From Actinomycetes bacterium (GTDB taxonomy: Bacteria > Actinomycetota > Acidimicrobiia > Spongiisociales > ZC4RG35), in assembly GCA_003242515.2 (NCBI GenBank), contig QGUS02000003.1, positions 12,647 to 76,646 of the forward strand: a DNA stretch of 64,000 nt, written 5' to 3'. A program made the position numbers and the translations under genes. This document shows, piece after piece, positions 46,762 through 55,492 of the stretch. How positions within the stretch are numbered: the stretch's first letter is position 1; every line of letters starts with the position of its first letter. The notes under the pieces are model-generated. The model made no database searches. It worked only from the letters and a program-made list of their open reading frames with translations, and had not been told where the DNA came from.

Positions 46762-47385
46762 TCAGTGGGCGTGGGCGGCGTAGTACGGGTTGGTGCCCGA
46801 GGCGTGGTCGGTCACGTCGACGACACCCGTGAGCTCGCCCTCGAAGGCCTCGAGCAGCGCCCGCTCTATGCCCTGGCGGAGGGTGACGGCGGCGAGACCG
46901 CAGCCCTGGCAGCCGCCCATGAGACGCAGGTACGCGGTGGTCCCGTCGATGGAGACCAGCTCGGCTGCGCCGCCGTGGCCGGCAATCGCGGGGTTGATGG
47001 TCGAGTTGAGGAAGGAGGCGACCCGCTCGGCCAGCGGACCGTCCAGGCTCCCCGGCACGTCCACCGAGCCCAGGAACGGCGACTTCGGCGTGTTGGGGTT
47101 GTTCATCGCCAGACCCTGGTCGGTCAGCTCGAGCGTGGCGCCGTCGAGCTTCTCGACGTCCCGGGCCGGGAAGATCACCGCCAGGTCCCCGTGACGCTCC
47201 AGCAGCCAGTCCTCGCCCTGGTCCGACAGCGGGACGAAGGCGAGCTCGTAGGCGTACTGGAGACCCCTCACCCCGGCGACCTCGATGGAGAGGGCGAACT
47301 CCTCGTCGCCCGGCTCCTGGTCGCGGAGCTTGATGATCATGTCCAGGGCATCCGGGGTGATGGTGAGTACCTGCATCTGAGACAT
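46762..47385 (-). CDS. NfuA-like Fe-S cluster biogenesis protein (IscA-like N-domain + NifU C-domain)
   Basis: C-terminal GGCQGCG (CxxC) Nfu domain. The N-terminal HesB-like fold lacks the Cys triad. Start at ATG 47385 or 47376. Confidence 0.7.
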   Translation of the reverse strand: MSQMQVLTITPDALDMIIKLRDQEPGDEEFALSIEVAGVRGLQYAYELAFVPLSDQGEDWLLERHGDLAVIFPARDVEKLDGATLELTDQGLAMNNPNTPKSPFLGSVDVPGSLDGPLAERVASFLNSTINPAIAGHGGAAELVSIDGTTAYLRLMGGCQGCGLAAVTLRQGIERALLEAFEGELTGVVDVTDHASGTNPYYAAHAH

Positions 47386-47511
47386 CACCACGAGACTAGC
47401 GACGAGGACCCCGTATTCCACTGCGAGGTCGTACGATGACCAATATTCTCCCAATGACCACGGCCACTTTCAACCCTCGATCCACCCTCGACCTCTACTT
47501 GAGGTTCAGAC

Positions 47512-47553
47512 CTTACGCGCGGTGTTGCGCGTAAGACGATTTTGTCATTTTCC
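47512..47553 (+). terminator. Perfect 9-bp inverted repeat + T-rich tract directly upstream of the TPK start (attenuator or operator candidate)
   Basis: CTTACGCGC-GGTGTT-GCGCGTAAG (47512-47535) is followed by ACGATTTTGTCATTTTCC, then ATG at 47554. Confidence 0.35.
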
Positions 47554-48171
47554 ATGGAGACCGTGCTCGTCTTCGCCGCCGGTGACCCCCTCCCCCGCTC
47601 GATGGCCGGGGACATCCCCGAAGCGGCCCTGGTGATCGCAGCGGACGGGGGCCACCGTCTAGCCGACGCCCTGGGGTGGCGCATCGATGTCCTCGTCGGG
47701 GACCTCGACTCCACCGGGACGGTCCCCGAAGGCGTCAATGTGCAGGCACATCCCACCGACAAGGACGCCACCGACCTGGAGCTGGCCCTGGAGCTCGCCG
47801 TCGCACGAGACCCGCGCCGGATCGTGGTGGTGGGTGGCGCGGGCGGGCGGCTGGACCACGAGCTGGCGGTGGCCGGCGTGATCGCCTCGACCCGCTGGGC
47901 AGGCGTGGGCGAGATCGACTGGGTGTCGGGGCGAGGCCGCAGCCACGTGGTCCGGGGGACGCGCCGGCTCCACGGCGAGGTAGGGGCGACGCTCACGCTC
48001 CTCGCCATGGGCGGCCCCGTGACGGGGCTGACCACGAGCGGGCTCCACTGGGAGCTCCGGGACGCGACCCTGCATCCCGGGAGCTCCCTGGGGGTGTCCA
48101 ACTACCTGGAGCGGACGGCGGTCGAGATCAGCGTGGGGAGCGGGACGCTCCTCGCCGTCTTCCCCGCCTAG
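47554..48171 (+). CDS. Thiamine pyrophosphokinase
   Basis: METVLVFAAGDP...VIAADGG...LVGDLDS...HPTDKDATDLELAL motifs. The track start, TTG at 47542, is the alternative. Confidence 0.8.
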   Translation: METVLVFAAGDPLPRSMAGDIPEAALVIAADGGHRLADALGWRIDVLVGDLDSTGTVPEGVNVQAHPTDKDATDLELALELAVARDPRRIVVVGGAGGRLDHELAVAGVIASTRWAGVGEIDWVSGRGRSHVVRGTRRLHGEVGATLTLLAMGGPVTGLTTSGLHWELRDATLHPGSSLGVSNYLERTAVEISVGSGTLLAVFPA

Positions 48172-49751
48172 ACGCCGAGACTGGCCGCGACCGACGGGTC
48201 GAGTGCCGTGTAGCCCTCGAGGTACGCCTTCCGCTCCGACTTGAGCCGGGCGACCACGTCCTCGTACTCGGCCAGCCTGCCGGTCCGCTCGTAGAGCCGT
48301 CTGGGCTGGAGCAGCTCGATGTCGTCGATGCCGTTCACCGAGGAGGCCACCAGGTAGCCGAAGTCGGGGTCCTCCTCCCACTGGATCGTCCCCTCGACGA
48401 TGCCCTGGACGATCGCCGACGAGTCGGGGATGGTCACCTTCTTGGAGCCCTCCCCTTCGCCACCGATCCGGCCGGTGTTGAGCACGAACGCCTCGAGGTC
48501 CGGGACGGTGTCCAGCAGCTCGAGCAGGCGGTTGCCCTGCATGGCGTCGTCGTCGAAGAAGAACGGGTTGGTGCCCGGCACCCGCAGGCTCTTCCCCGCC
48601 TCGGCGGCGCCGCCGGCATCGGTGCCCTTCGTCTCGCCGAGCATGAAGTACGCCACGATCTGCTCCCGGTTCAGCTTCGACACCGCCGGGATGACGTGGT
48701 CGGAGCGGTTGAGGATGAGCAGGTAACGGGCAGGCGGCACGTCACGCGGGTCGCGGTGCCGGATGTTCGCCAGCGGGAAGGTGCAGCGTCCGTTCGACGT
48801 GTAGGAGGTGTCGAAGAAGTCGACCTTCCCGTTCTCGTCGACGGACACGTTCTCCAGCCAGGCGTCCGGGCGGGTGGTGCCGCCGTAGATGGTCGGCTCG
48901 TCGTCCGGATCGAGACCGAAGGTCTTGGCGAAGCAGCCGGCCTCGGTGGTGTGGATGGTCCCGCCCGGCATGAGCGCCACGAAGTCGTCCTGGACCGGGA
49001 GCGAGCCCAGCTGCTGGCGGAACGTGGTCGTGGTCTTGCCGGTGCCGGAGAGGCCGATGATCAGCATCGACTCCTCCTCCCCGCTCCGGGTGACCTCGGC
49101 CGGGAAGGTCTTCAGCCCGGCGTGGAGGGCCAGGCCGCCGCGGTCGTAGACGAGGCGGTTCCACATCCGGAGACCGCCCATCTTGGACTCGCCGAAGTAG
49201 TCGGACCCGAATACACGGGTGGTCCAGTTGTCCAGGTCGATGATGATCAGCTTGTCGTCCGGCTTGCCCGGGGCGGGCAGGCCCGGCGTGTAGATCACGG
49301 TGAACTCGGGCTCCCAGGCATCGTCCTTGGGGAAGTAGAGATGCTTCTGCATCCCGGGGATGTTCGGCTGCGACTTCTCGATGTAGAGGCGGCAGCCGGT
49401 GCGGAACTCCGGGTCGGGGCCGATGTAACCCTCGACCAGGATCATGTCCTGCTGGGCGATGTACTCGTCCTGCCGGCGGGCCCATTCGTCCGCCTCCTCC
49501 CTGGAGATCCGGTTCTTCGGGATCTCACGGTCGGACACGAAGAACGTGGACGGTCCTAGGCGCGAGGTCGTGAGCGCGCGGTAGTTGAGGTTGCCGAACT
49601 CGGTCACCTGGATCCTCGGGTGCTGAAGGGCCAGCTCCCGGAGGAGCTCCTGGTCGGGGTTGGCCGTCACCGACCTCGCCGGGGGCAGATTGGAGTACGT
49701 GATCGCTCTCCTCCTTGGATGCTGGCGACAGGGTAACGACTTGGGGGCCAC
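48168..49751 (-). CDS. Phosphoenolpyruvate carboxykinase (ATP) family protein, divergent
   Basis: GLSGTGKTT kinase-1a, EAGCFAKT, LENV and NTGRIGG blocks are collinear with ATP-PEPCK. The start is uncertain: a strong AAGGAGGA lies inside the 5' end of the ORF. Confidence 0.7.
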   Translation of the reverse strand: MAPKSLPCRQHPRRRAITYSNLPPARSVTANPDQELLRELALQHPRIQVTEFGNLNYRALTTSRLGPSTFFVSDREIPKNRISREEADEWARRQDEYIAQQDMILVEGYIGPDPEFRTGCRLYIEKSQPNIPGMQKHLYFPKDDAWEPEFTVIYTPGLPAPGKPDDKLIIIDLDNWTTRVFGSDYFGESKMGGLRMWNRLVYDRGGLALHAGLKTFPAEVTRSGEEESMLIIGLSGTGKTTTTFRQQLGSLPVQDDFVALMPGGTIHTTEAGCFAKTFGLDPDDEPTIYGGTTRPDAWLENVSVDENGKVDFFDTSYTSNGRCTFPLANIRHRDPRDVPPARYLLILNRSDHVIPAVSKLNREQIVAYFMLGETKGTDAGGAAEAGKSLRVPGTNPFFFDDDAMQGNRLLELLDTVPDLEAFVLNTGRIGGEGEGSKKVTIPDSSAIVQGIVEGTIQWEEDPDFGYLVASSVNGIDDIELLQPRRLYERTGRLAEYEDVVARLKSERKAYLEGYTALDPSVAASLGV

Positions 49752-49752
49752 C

Positions 49753-50697
49753 CTATCGCCAGGGGACCTCCGCCGGCATCGTCTCGCCCCTGAGACCGGC
49801 CACCAGGTTGGCGACCGCCAGCTCCGCCATCGCCCTCCTCGTGGGCTCCGACGCGCTCCCGATGTGGGGCGTCACCAGGCAGTTGGGGAACCCGAGCAGG
49901 GGATGGTCCGGCGGGAGCGGCTCGGGGTCGGTGACGTCGAGCGCGGCCCCGGCGATCTCGCCGTTCGCCAGCGCCGCCACCAGGTCGTCGGTCACCACCA
50001 CCTCGCCGCGCGCCACGTTGACCAAGTAGGACCCCTCCCCCATGGCCTGCAGCTGGGGCCGGCCGACCAGGCCCCGGGTCTCGCCGGTGAGCCGAGTGCA
50101 CAGCACCACGGCGTCGGCGACCCGGAGCAGCTCGTCGAGCCCGAGCTTCCGGCCCGGGCCTTCCGACCGCGGCGACGAGTAGACGAACTCCATCCCGAAA
50201 CCCGAGGCCCGCCTCGCCACGGCGGAGCCGACGCGGCCCATCCCGACGATCCCCAGGGTCATCCCGTGGAGGTCGCCTCCGGTCAACCAGAAGGGAGACC
50301 ACGGTCCCCACGCCCCTTCCCGGACGGCCCGCTCCCCCTCCGGGATGCGTCGGACGATCGCGGCCAGGAGGGCGAACGCGGTGTCGGCGACGGTCTCCGT
50401 GAGCACGCCGGGCGTGTGGCCCACCTTCAGGCCGCGGCGGTGGCAGGCGGCGACGTCGATGTTGTCGACCCCGACGGCCATCTGGGACACGACCTCGAGC
50501 TGGGGAGCCGCGTCGAGCACGGCGTGGTCGATCGGGTCGGTGAGCATGCAGAGCAGGCCCCTCGCGTCCCGGACCGCCTCGAGCAGGGCTTCCCGCGGGA
50601 TCGGGCGGTCGTCGCCCCACACCCACGTCTCCCCCACCTCGTGTAGCGGGGCCAGGATCTCCTCGGGCAGGTTCCTCGTGACGACTATCTCGGCCAC
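49753..50697 (-). CDS. D-2-hydroxyacid dehydrogenase / glyoxylate-hydroxypyruvate reductase family
   Basis: GIVGMGRVGSAVARR NAD fold and a C-terminal PHIGSA catalytic block. GTG at 50697 is preferred, because the track start at 50754 would leave only 2 bp to the divergent gene. Confidence 0.75.
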   Translation of the reverse strand: MAEIVVTRNLPEEILAPLHEVGETWVWGDDRPIPREALLEAVRDARGLLCMLTDPIDHAVLDAAPQLEVVSQMAVGVDNIDVAACHRRGLKVGHTPGVLTETVADTAFALLAAIVRRIPEGERAVREGAWGPWSPFWLTGGDLHGMTLGIVGMGRVGSAVARRASGFGMEFVYSSPRSEGPGRKLGLDELLRVADAVVLCTRLTGETRGLVGRPQLQAMGEGSYLVNVARGEVVVTDDLVAALANGEIAGAALDVTDPEPLPPDHPLLGFPNCLVTPHIGSASEPTRRAMAELAVANLVAGLRGETMPAEVPWR

Positions 50698-50756
50698 GGC
50701 GTCCGAGGGTATCGGGCCGTTCCAGGAGCCGCCATGCCGCGCCGATACCATCACCG

Positions 50757-51542
50757 ATGATGCGGGGCCGAGTGATCACGATGGTCCTGGCGGGGACGGT
50801 CCTCGCCGGCTGCGCCGCGGCTCCGGCGTCCCCACCGCCCGCACCGACCACCACGACGGCCCCCGCCGTGGCGACGACCACGACGACCGCTCCGGGGCCG
50901 TTGCTCCCCGGGTATCAGGGGTTCGACTCGACCTACGAGCTGGACGGCACCCTGGTTGCCATCCTGGGGGCGGAGATCCCGGTGTATGCCAGGCCGGGCG
51001 ACACCGAGCCGAAGGTGGTCATGCCGGCCACGACGATCCTGGGGACGACCACCGTCCTCGCCACCACCGGGCCGCCGGTGGACGGCTGGATCGAGGTGAT
51101 GCTCCCGATGCGCCCCAACGGCTCCACCGGGTGGGTTCCGGTCGACGAGGTGGCGCTGTACGTGGTGCACCACCGCATCGAGGTCGACCTCAGCGACCGG
51201 GAGCTCATCTACTACGTCCGGGACAAGGAAGTGCTCCGCACCACGGTCGCCATCGGCAACGACCGAAGCCCGACCCCGACGGGGACCTTCTTCGTCACCG
51301 ACAACGTGCGGGTCTCGAGGAGTAGCGGGCCGTGGGGACCCGCGGCGCTGGGGCTGTCGGCCCGCTCCGACACCATCACCGAGTTCAACGGCGGCGACGG
51401 GATCATCGGGATCCACGGGACCAACCGGCCGGACACGATCGGGAAGGCGGCCTCGCTGGGCTGCATCCGGGTGCCCAACGACATCGCCCTGAGGCTCAAC
51501 GAGCTGGTCCCGCTGGGAACGATCGTGGAGATACGGGCCTGA
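50757..51542 (+). CDS. L,D-transpeptidase (YkuD) lipoprotein
   Basis: Signal peptide + lipobox VLAGC. Catalytic block GIHGT...SLGCIRV. Confidence 0.85.
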   Translation: MMRGRVITMVLAGTVLAGCAAAPASPPPAPTTTTAPAVATTTTTAPGPLLPGYQGFDSTYELDGTLVAILGAEIPVYARPGDTEPKVVMPATTILGTTTVLATTGPPVDGWIEVMLPMRPNGSTGWVPVDEVALYVVHHRIEVDLSDRELIYYVRDKEVLRTTVAIGNDRSPTPTGTFFVTDNVRVSRSSGPWGPAALGLSARSDTITEFNGGDGIIGIHGTNRPDTIGKAASLGCIRVPNDIALRLNELVPLGTIVEIRA

Positions 51543-51569
51543 GCCGCAGGCCCAGGCCCGTGGCACGCG

Positions 51570-52478
51570 CTATTCGGCCAGCTTCTGGCCGAGGAGCATG
51601 ATCTCGTCGGTGTTGGACTCCGGGATCACGTACTCGCCGATGTCCCGGATGGTGTCCATGTTGGCCGCGATGTCCTCGACGGTCGGGACCACGCCCTTGC
51701 CGGCGAACCAGCCGGGGTTGGTGGCAATGAACACCCGGCCGTAGCGGCCGCCACCGGCCGTGAAGATCTGGTGGGTGTACTGGTTGGCCTCCGAGCAGAG
51801 ATAGACCACCAGCGGCGTCACCAGCTCCGGGGCCACGTACTCGGCGAGCGGGCCGAGCAGGTCCTCGGTCATGCGGGTCCGGGCGATCGGGGCCACCGCG
51901 TTGGAGAGGATCCCGTACTTGGCGCCCTCGATGGCGAGCACGTTGCTCAGGCCGACCAGGCCGGCCTTGGCGGCGCCGTAGTTGGTCTGCCCGAAGTTGC
52001 CGAACAGGCCCGAGGCCGAGCTGGTGAAGACGAACCGGCCGTAGCCGTTCTCTCGCATCACCTGGAACGCCGGGAGCGAGACGTGGAACGCGCCCCTGAG
52101 GTGGACGTCGATGACGGCGTTCACCTCCTCCATGGTCATCTTGGAGAAGGACTTGTCCCGGAGGATCCCGGCGTTGTTGATGACGATGTCGACCTTCCCG
52201 AATGCGTCGACGGCGGCCTGCACGATCGCCTTGCCCCCATCCTCGGTGGCCACGGAGTCGTAGTTGGGGATCGCCTCGCCGCCCAGCGCCTCGATCTCGG
52301 CCACCACCTTGGCGGCCGCGGTCTGGTCCGAGCCGGTCCCGTCGACGGCGCCTCCCAGGTCGTTGACCACCACGCGGGCGCCGCGCCGGGCCAACTCCAG
52401 GGCGTAGGTCCGCCCCAGGCCGCCGCCGGCACCCGTCACGATGGCCACGCGGCCATCGAAGGTGATCGTGTCACTCAT
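51570..52478 (-). CDS. SDR family oxidoreductase, MFE-2-type 3-hydroxyacyl-CoA dehydrogenase-like
   Basis: TGAGGGLG and NNAGILRD motifs with the YGAAK catalytic motif. Confidence 0.75.
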   Translation of the reverse strand: MSDTITFDGRVAIVTGAGGGLGRTYALELARRGARVVVNDLGGAVDGTGSDQTAAAKVVAEIEALGGEAIPNYDSVATEDGGKAIVQAAVDAFGKVDIVINNAGILRDKSFSKMTMEEVNAVIDVHLRGAFHVSLPAFQVMRENGYGRFVFTSSASGLFGNFGQTNYGAAKAGLVGLSNVLAIEGAKYGILSNAVAPIARTRMTEDLLGPLAEYVAPELVTPLVVYLCSEANQYTHQIFTAGGGRYGRVFIATNPGWFAGKGVVPTVEDIAANMDTIRDIGEYVIPESNTDEIMLLGQKLAE

Positions 52479-52500
52479 TCCCTACCTCCAGGATGTCGGA

Positions 52501-54342
52501 TCAGACGCCCGTGTACATGGCATCGATCTCGTTGGCGTACTTCTCCAGCACCACGTTGCGGCGCAGCTTGAGGGACGGGGTCAGCTCACCGGTGTCGGGG
52601 CCCCACTCGTCCGGCACGATGTACCACTTCTTGATCTGCTCGACGCGGGACACCGTGGCGTTCGCCGCCTCGATGGCGGCCGCGATCTCCTCGTGCACCT
52701 TCGGATGCCGGGAGAACGAGGCCAGGTCGGTGTACTCGATGCCGTGCGCCGCCGCCCACGCCGGGGCCTCCTCGGCGTCCAGGGCAATGATCATGGTGAG
52801 GAACTTCTTCCCGTCACCGACCATCGCGGCCTTGGAGATCAGCGGGTGGTTGCCCAGCATGGTCTCCATGTGGGCGGGTGCGACGTTCTTGCCGGCCGCC
52901 GTGATGATGATGTCCTTCTTCCGGCCGACGATCCAGATGAATCCGTCCTCGTCGATCCGGGCCAGGTCGCCGGTGTAGAGCCACCCGTCCTCGCCGAAGG
53001 TCTCGGCGGTCTGCTCGGGCAGCTTGTAGTACCCGGCGGCCACGATCCCGCCCTTGATGGCGAGCTCGCCGTCCTCCCCGATCTTCGCCTCGACGCCGGG
53101 GAGCGGCTTGCCCACCGACCCGATCCGGAAGGCGCCCGGCAGGCACGCCGTCGCCGGGCCGGTGTTCTCGGACATCCCGTAGATCTCGAAGAGCGGGACG
53201 CCGAGGGTGAGGAAGAACTTGACCAGGTCGGGGCTGATCGGAGCAGCCGAGGTGATGGCGATCTCCAGCTGGTCCATGCCGAGCTGGTCGCGCACCTTGG
53301 ACAGGACGATCTTGTCGAGCAGACCGGCCATCGCCGGTCCCTTCTTGCCCCGCTCCTCGGCGAGGACCCGCTTCTCGTTCAGCTCCAGCGCCCTGTCGAG
53401 GAGCTTCTTCTTGACGCCGGTCATCTCCTCGAACCGGGCGTGGAGACGGGCGGCGAACTTCTCGTACACCCGGGGCACGCCCACGAACAGGTTGGGCCGG
53501 GCCGCCTGGATGTACTCGAGGACGTTGGACAGGTTCGGGCAGTACCAGACCTGGCCGGCCAGGTAGGTGCCCAGGTAGTGGGTGGCGATCCGCTCGGCGA
53601 TGTGGGCCAGCGGCAGGTACGACACCATGCGGAAGCCGGGCTTGAGGTCGGCCGCCCGCACCATGGACTCCAGGGTCCACATCACGTTGCGCTGCGTGAT
53701 CATCACGCCCTTCGGCGTGCCGGTGGTCCCGGAGGTGTAGATCAGCGTGGCCAGGTTCCCGGGGGTCACCGCCCGGGCAGAACGCTCCACCGTCTTCGGG
53801 TCGCTGGCGAGGCGGCTGGCGCCGCGGAGCATCAGGTCGTCCCAGCTGAGCACCCAGTCGAGGGTGTCGTAGTTCTCGGCGCCCTCCATGAGGACGACGT
53901 AACGGAGGTTCGGGAGGTCGGACCGGATCTCCTCCCACCGCTTCATGAACTCGAGGTCCTCGAGGATGGCGACGGTGACCTTGCAGTTGTCCGCGATGTA
54001 CTGGACCTGCGAGGAGACCAGCGTCGAGTAGATGGTGACCGGGGTGGCCCCGGCGTGGACGACGCCGAAGTCGGCGATCACGTGCTCGGGGCGGTTGGAG
54101 GCCTGGATGGCGACGAACTCGCCGTCACCCACCCCCAGGGTCTGCAGGCCGGCAGCGACCTGGTGGATCTGCTCCCGGTACTCGGCCCAGGTGAGACTGG
54201 CCCAGCCATCGCCGTCCTTCCAGTGGATGGCGGGCTGGCCGCCGTACTGCTCAGCGTTCCGGTCGAGAAGGTCGACGATGGTCTTGCCTTCGACGAGGGC
54301 ATCGATCTCGGCCCTCTCCTTGAGGACTGCCTGGTCAGTCAC
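52501..54342 (-). CDS. Long-chain-fatty-acid--CoA ligase (AMP-dependent synthetase)
   Basis: YTSGTTGTPKGV motif. 613 aa. Confidence 0.85.
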   Translation of the reverse strand: MTDQAVLKERAEIDALVEGKTIVDLLDRNAEQYGGQPAIHWKDGDGWASLTWAEYREQIHQVAAGLQTLGVGDGEFVAIQASNRPEHVIADFGVVHAGATPVTIYSTLVSSQVQYIADNCKVTVAILEDLEFMKRWEEIRSDLPNLRYVVLMEGAENYDTLDWVLSWDDLMLRGASRLASDPKTVERSARAVTPGNLATLIYTSGTTGTPKGVMITQRNVMWTLESMVRAADLKPGFRMVSYLPLAHIAERIATHYLGTYLAGQVWYCPNLSNVLEYIQAARPNLFVGVPRVYEKFAARLHARFEEMTGVKKKLLDRALELNEKRVLAEERGKKGPAMAGLLDKIVLSKVRDQLGMDQLEIAITSAAPISPDLVKFFLTLGVPLFEIYGMSENTGPATACLPGAFRIGSVGKPLPGVEAKIGEDGELAIKGGIVAAGYYKLPEQTAETFGEDGWLYTGDLARIDEDGFIWIVGRKKDIIITAAGKNVAPAHMETMLGNHPLISKAAMVGDGKKFLTMIIALDAEEAPAWAAAHGIEYTDLASFSRHPKVHEEIAAAIEAANATVSRVEQIKKWYIVPDEWGPDTGELTPSLKLRRNVVLEKYANEIDAMYTGV

Positions 54343-54358
54343 TGAACCTCCAAGTAGA

Positions 54359-55492
54359 TCAGGCGACAGCGCCGCTGCTACGGAGCTTACCGATGTCCTG
54401 CTCGGTCCGGCCGAGCAGGGCGAGGATCAGGTCGGTGTCCCTCCCGGGTGCCGAGGGCGGCGCAGGCGCGCCGACCGGTGTCCCGGAGAACCTCGGGGCG
54501 GGCGCCGGCTGGACCACGCCCTCCACCTCGACGAAGGTCCCCCGGGCGGCGTTGTGGGGGTGCGAGGGTGCCTCGGCCATGTCGAGGACGGGGGCGACGC
54601 AGGCATCGGAGCCGGAGAAGGCCTCCTCCCACTCGGCCCTGGTGCGGGAGGCGAACACCTCGGCGAACCGGGCACGGAGCGCCGGCCACCCGGAGCGGTC
54701 GTGCTGATGCGGCAGGTCCTCCCCCTCCAGCCCGAGGACCCGGAGCAGCTCGGCGTAGAACTGCGGCTCGATGGCGCCCACCGCCATGTGCCCACCGTCG
54801 GCGGTGCGGTAGGTCGTGTACCAGGGGGCGGCCCCGTCGAGCATGTTGTCCTCCCGCTTCGGGCTCCAGAATCCTGCCGCCCGCAGACCATGCTGGAAGG
54901 CCATGAGCAGGGCCGACCCGTCGACCATGGCCGCGTCGACGACCTGGCCCTTCCCGGTGGCGCGGGCGGAGAGGATCCCGGCGAGGACGCCCACGGCGAG
55001 GAGCATCCCTCCCCCGCCGAAGTCGCCTACGAGGTTGAGAGGAGGTACCGGATCGGCTGCGGTGCCGATCGACCCGAGCACGCCGGACAGGGCGATGTAG
55101 TCGATGTCGTGGCCGGCCCGCTCGGCGAGGGGGCCGTCCTGGCCCCACCCGGTCATGCGACCGTAGACAAGGCGTGGGTTGCGCTCCAGGCAGACGTCGG
55201 GGCCGAGACCGAGGCGCTCGGTGACTCCGGGCCGGAACCCCTCGAGGAGGGCGTCGGCCCGCTCCACGAGGTCCAGCACCACCCCGACGCCGTCGGGGTG
55301 CTTGAGGTCGACGGCGATCGAGAGCTTCCCACGGTTGAGGAGATCGGTGTAGGCGCCGGGACCACCGGTCCCGGGGCGGTCGACGCGGACGACGCGGGCG
55401 CCGAGGTCGGCGAGGACCATCCCGCAGAAGGGGGCAGGGCCGATCCCTGCGAGCTCGACGACCGTCACGCCCTCCAGCGGACCCATCCTCAC
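54359..55492 (-). CDS. Family III CoA-transferase (CaiB/BaiF; alpha-methylacyl-CoA racemase-like)
   Basis: MGPLEGVTVVELAGIGPAPFCGMVLADLGARVVRVDRP N-terminus is typical of this family. Confidence 0.8.
   Translation of the reverse strand: MRMGPLEGVTVVELAGIGPAPFCGMVLADLGARVVRVDRPGTGGPGAYTDLLNRGKLSIAVDLKHPDGVGVVLDLVERADALLEGFRPGVTERLGLGPDVCLERNPRLVYGRMTGWGQDGPLAERAGHDIDYIALSGVLGSIGTAADPVPPLNLVGDFGGGGMLLAVGVLAGILSARATGKGQVVDAAMVDGSALLMAFQHGLRAAGFWSPKREDNMLDGAAPWYTTYRTADGGHMAVGAIEPQFYAELLRVLGLEGEDLPHQHDRSGWPALRARFAEVFASRTRAEWEEAFSGSDACVAPVLDMAEAPSHPHNAARGTFVEVEGVVQPAPAPRFSGTPVGAPAPPSAPGRDTDLILALLGRTEQDIGKLRSSGAVA

Noticed and set aside
47370-47541. A TPP (THI-box) riboswitch upstream of thiamine pyrophosphokinase, suggested by a CTGAGA at about 47377.
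   Set aside because: The CTGAGA lies inside the nfu-like coding region on the other strand. I cannot find the other conserved THI-box elements (the ACCUGAUCUGGAUAAUGCCAGCG-like segment) anywhere in the leader.
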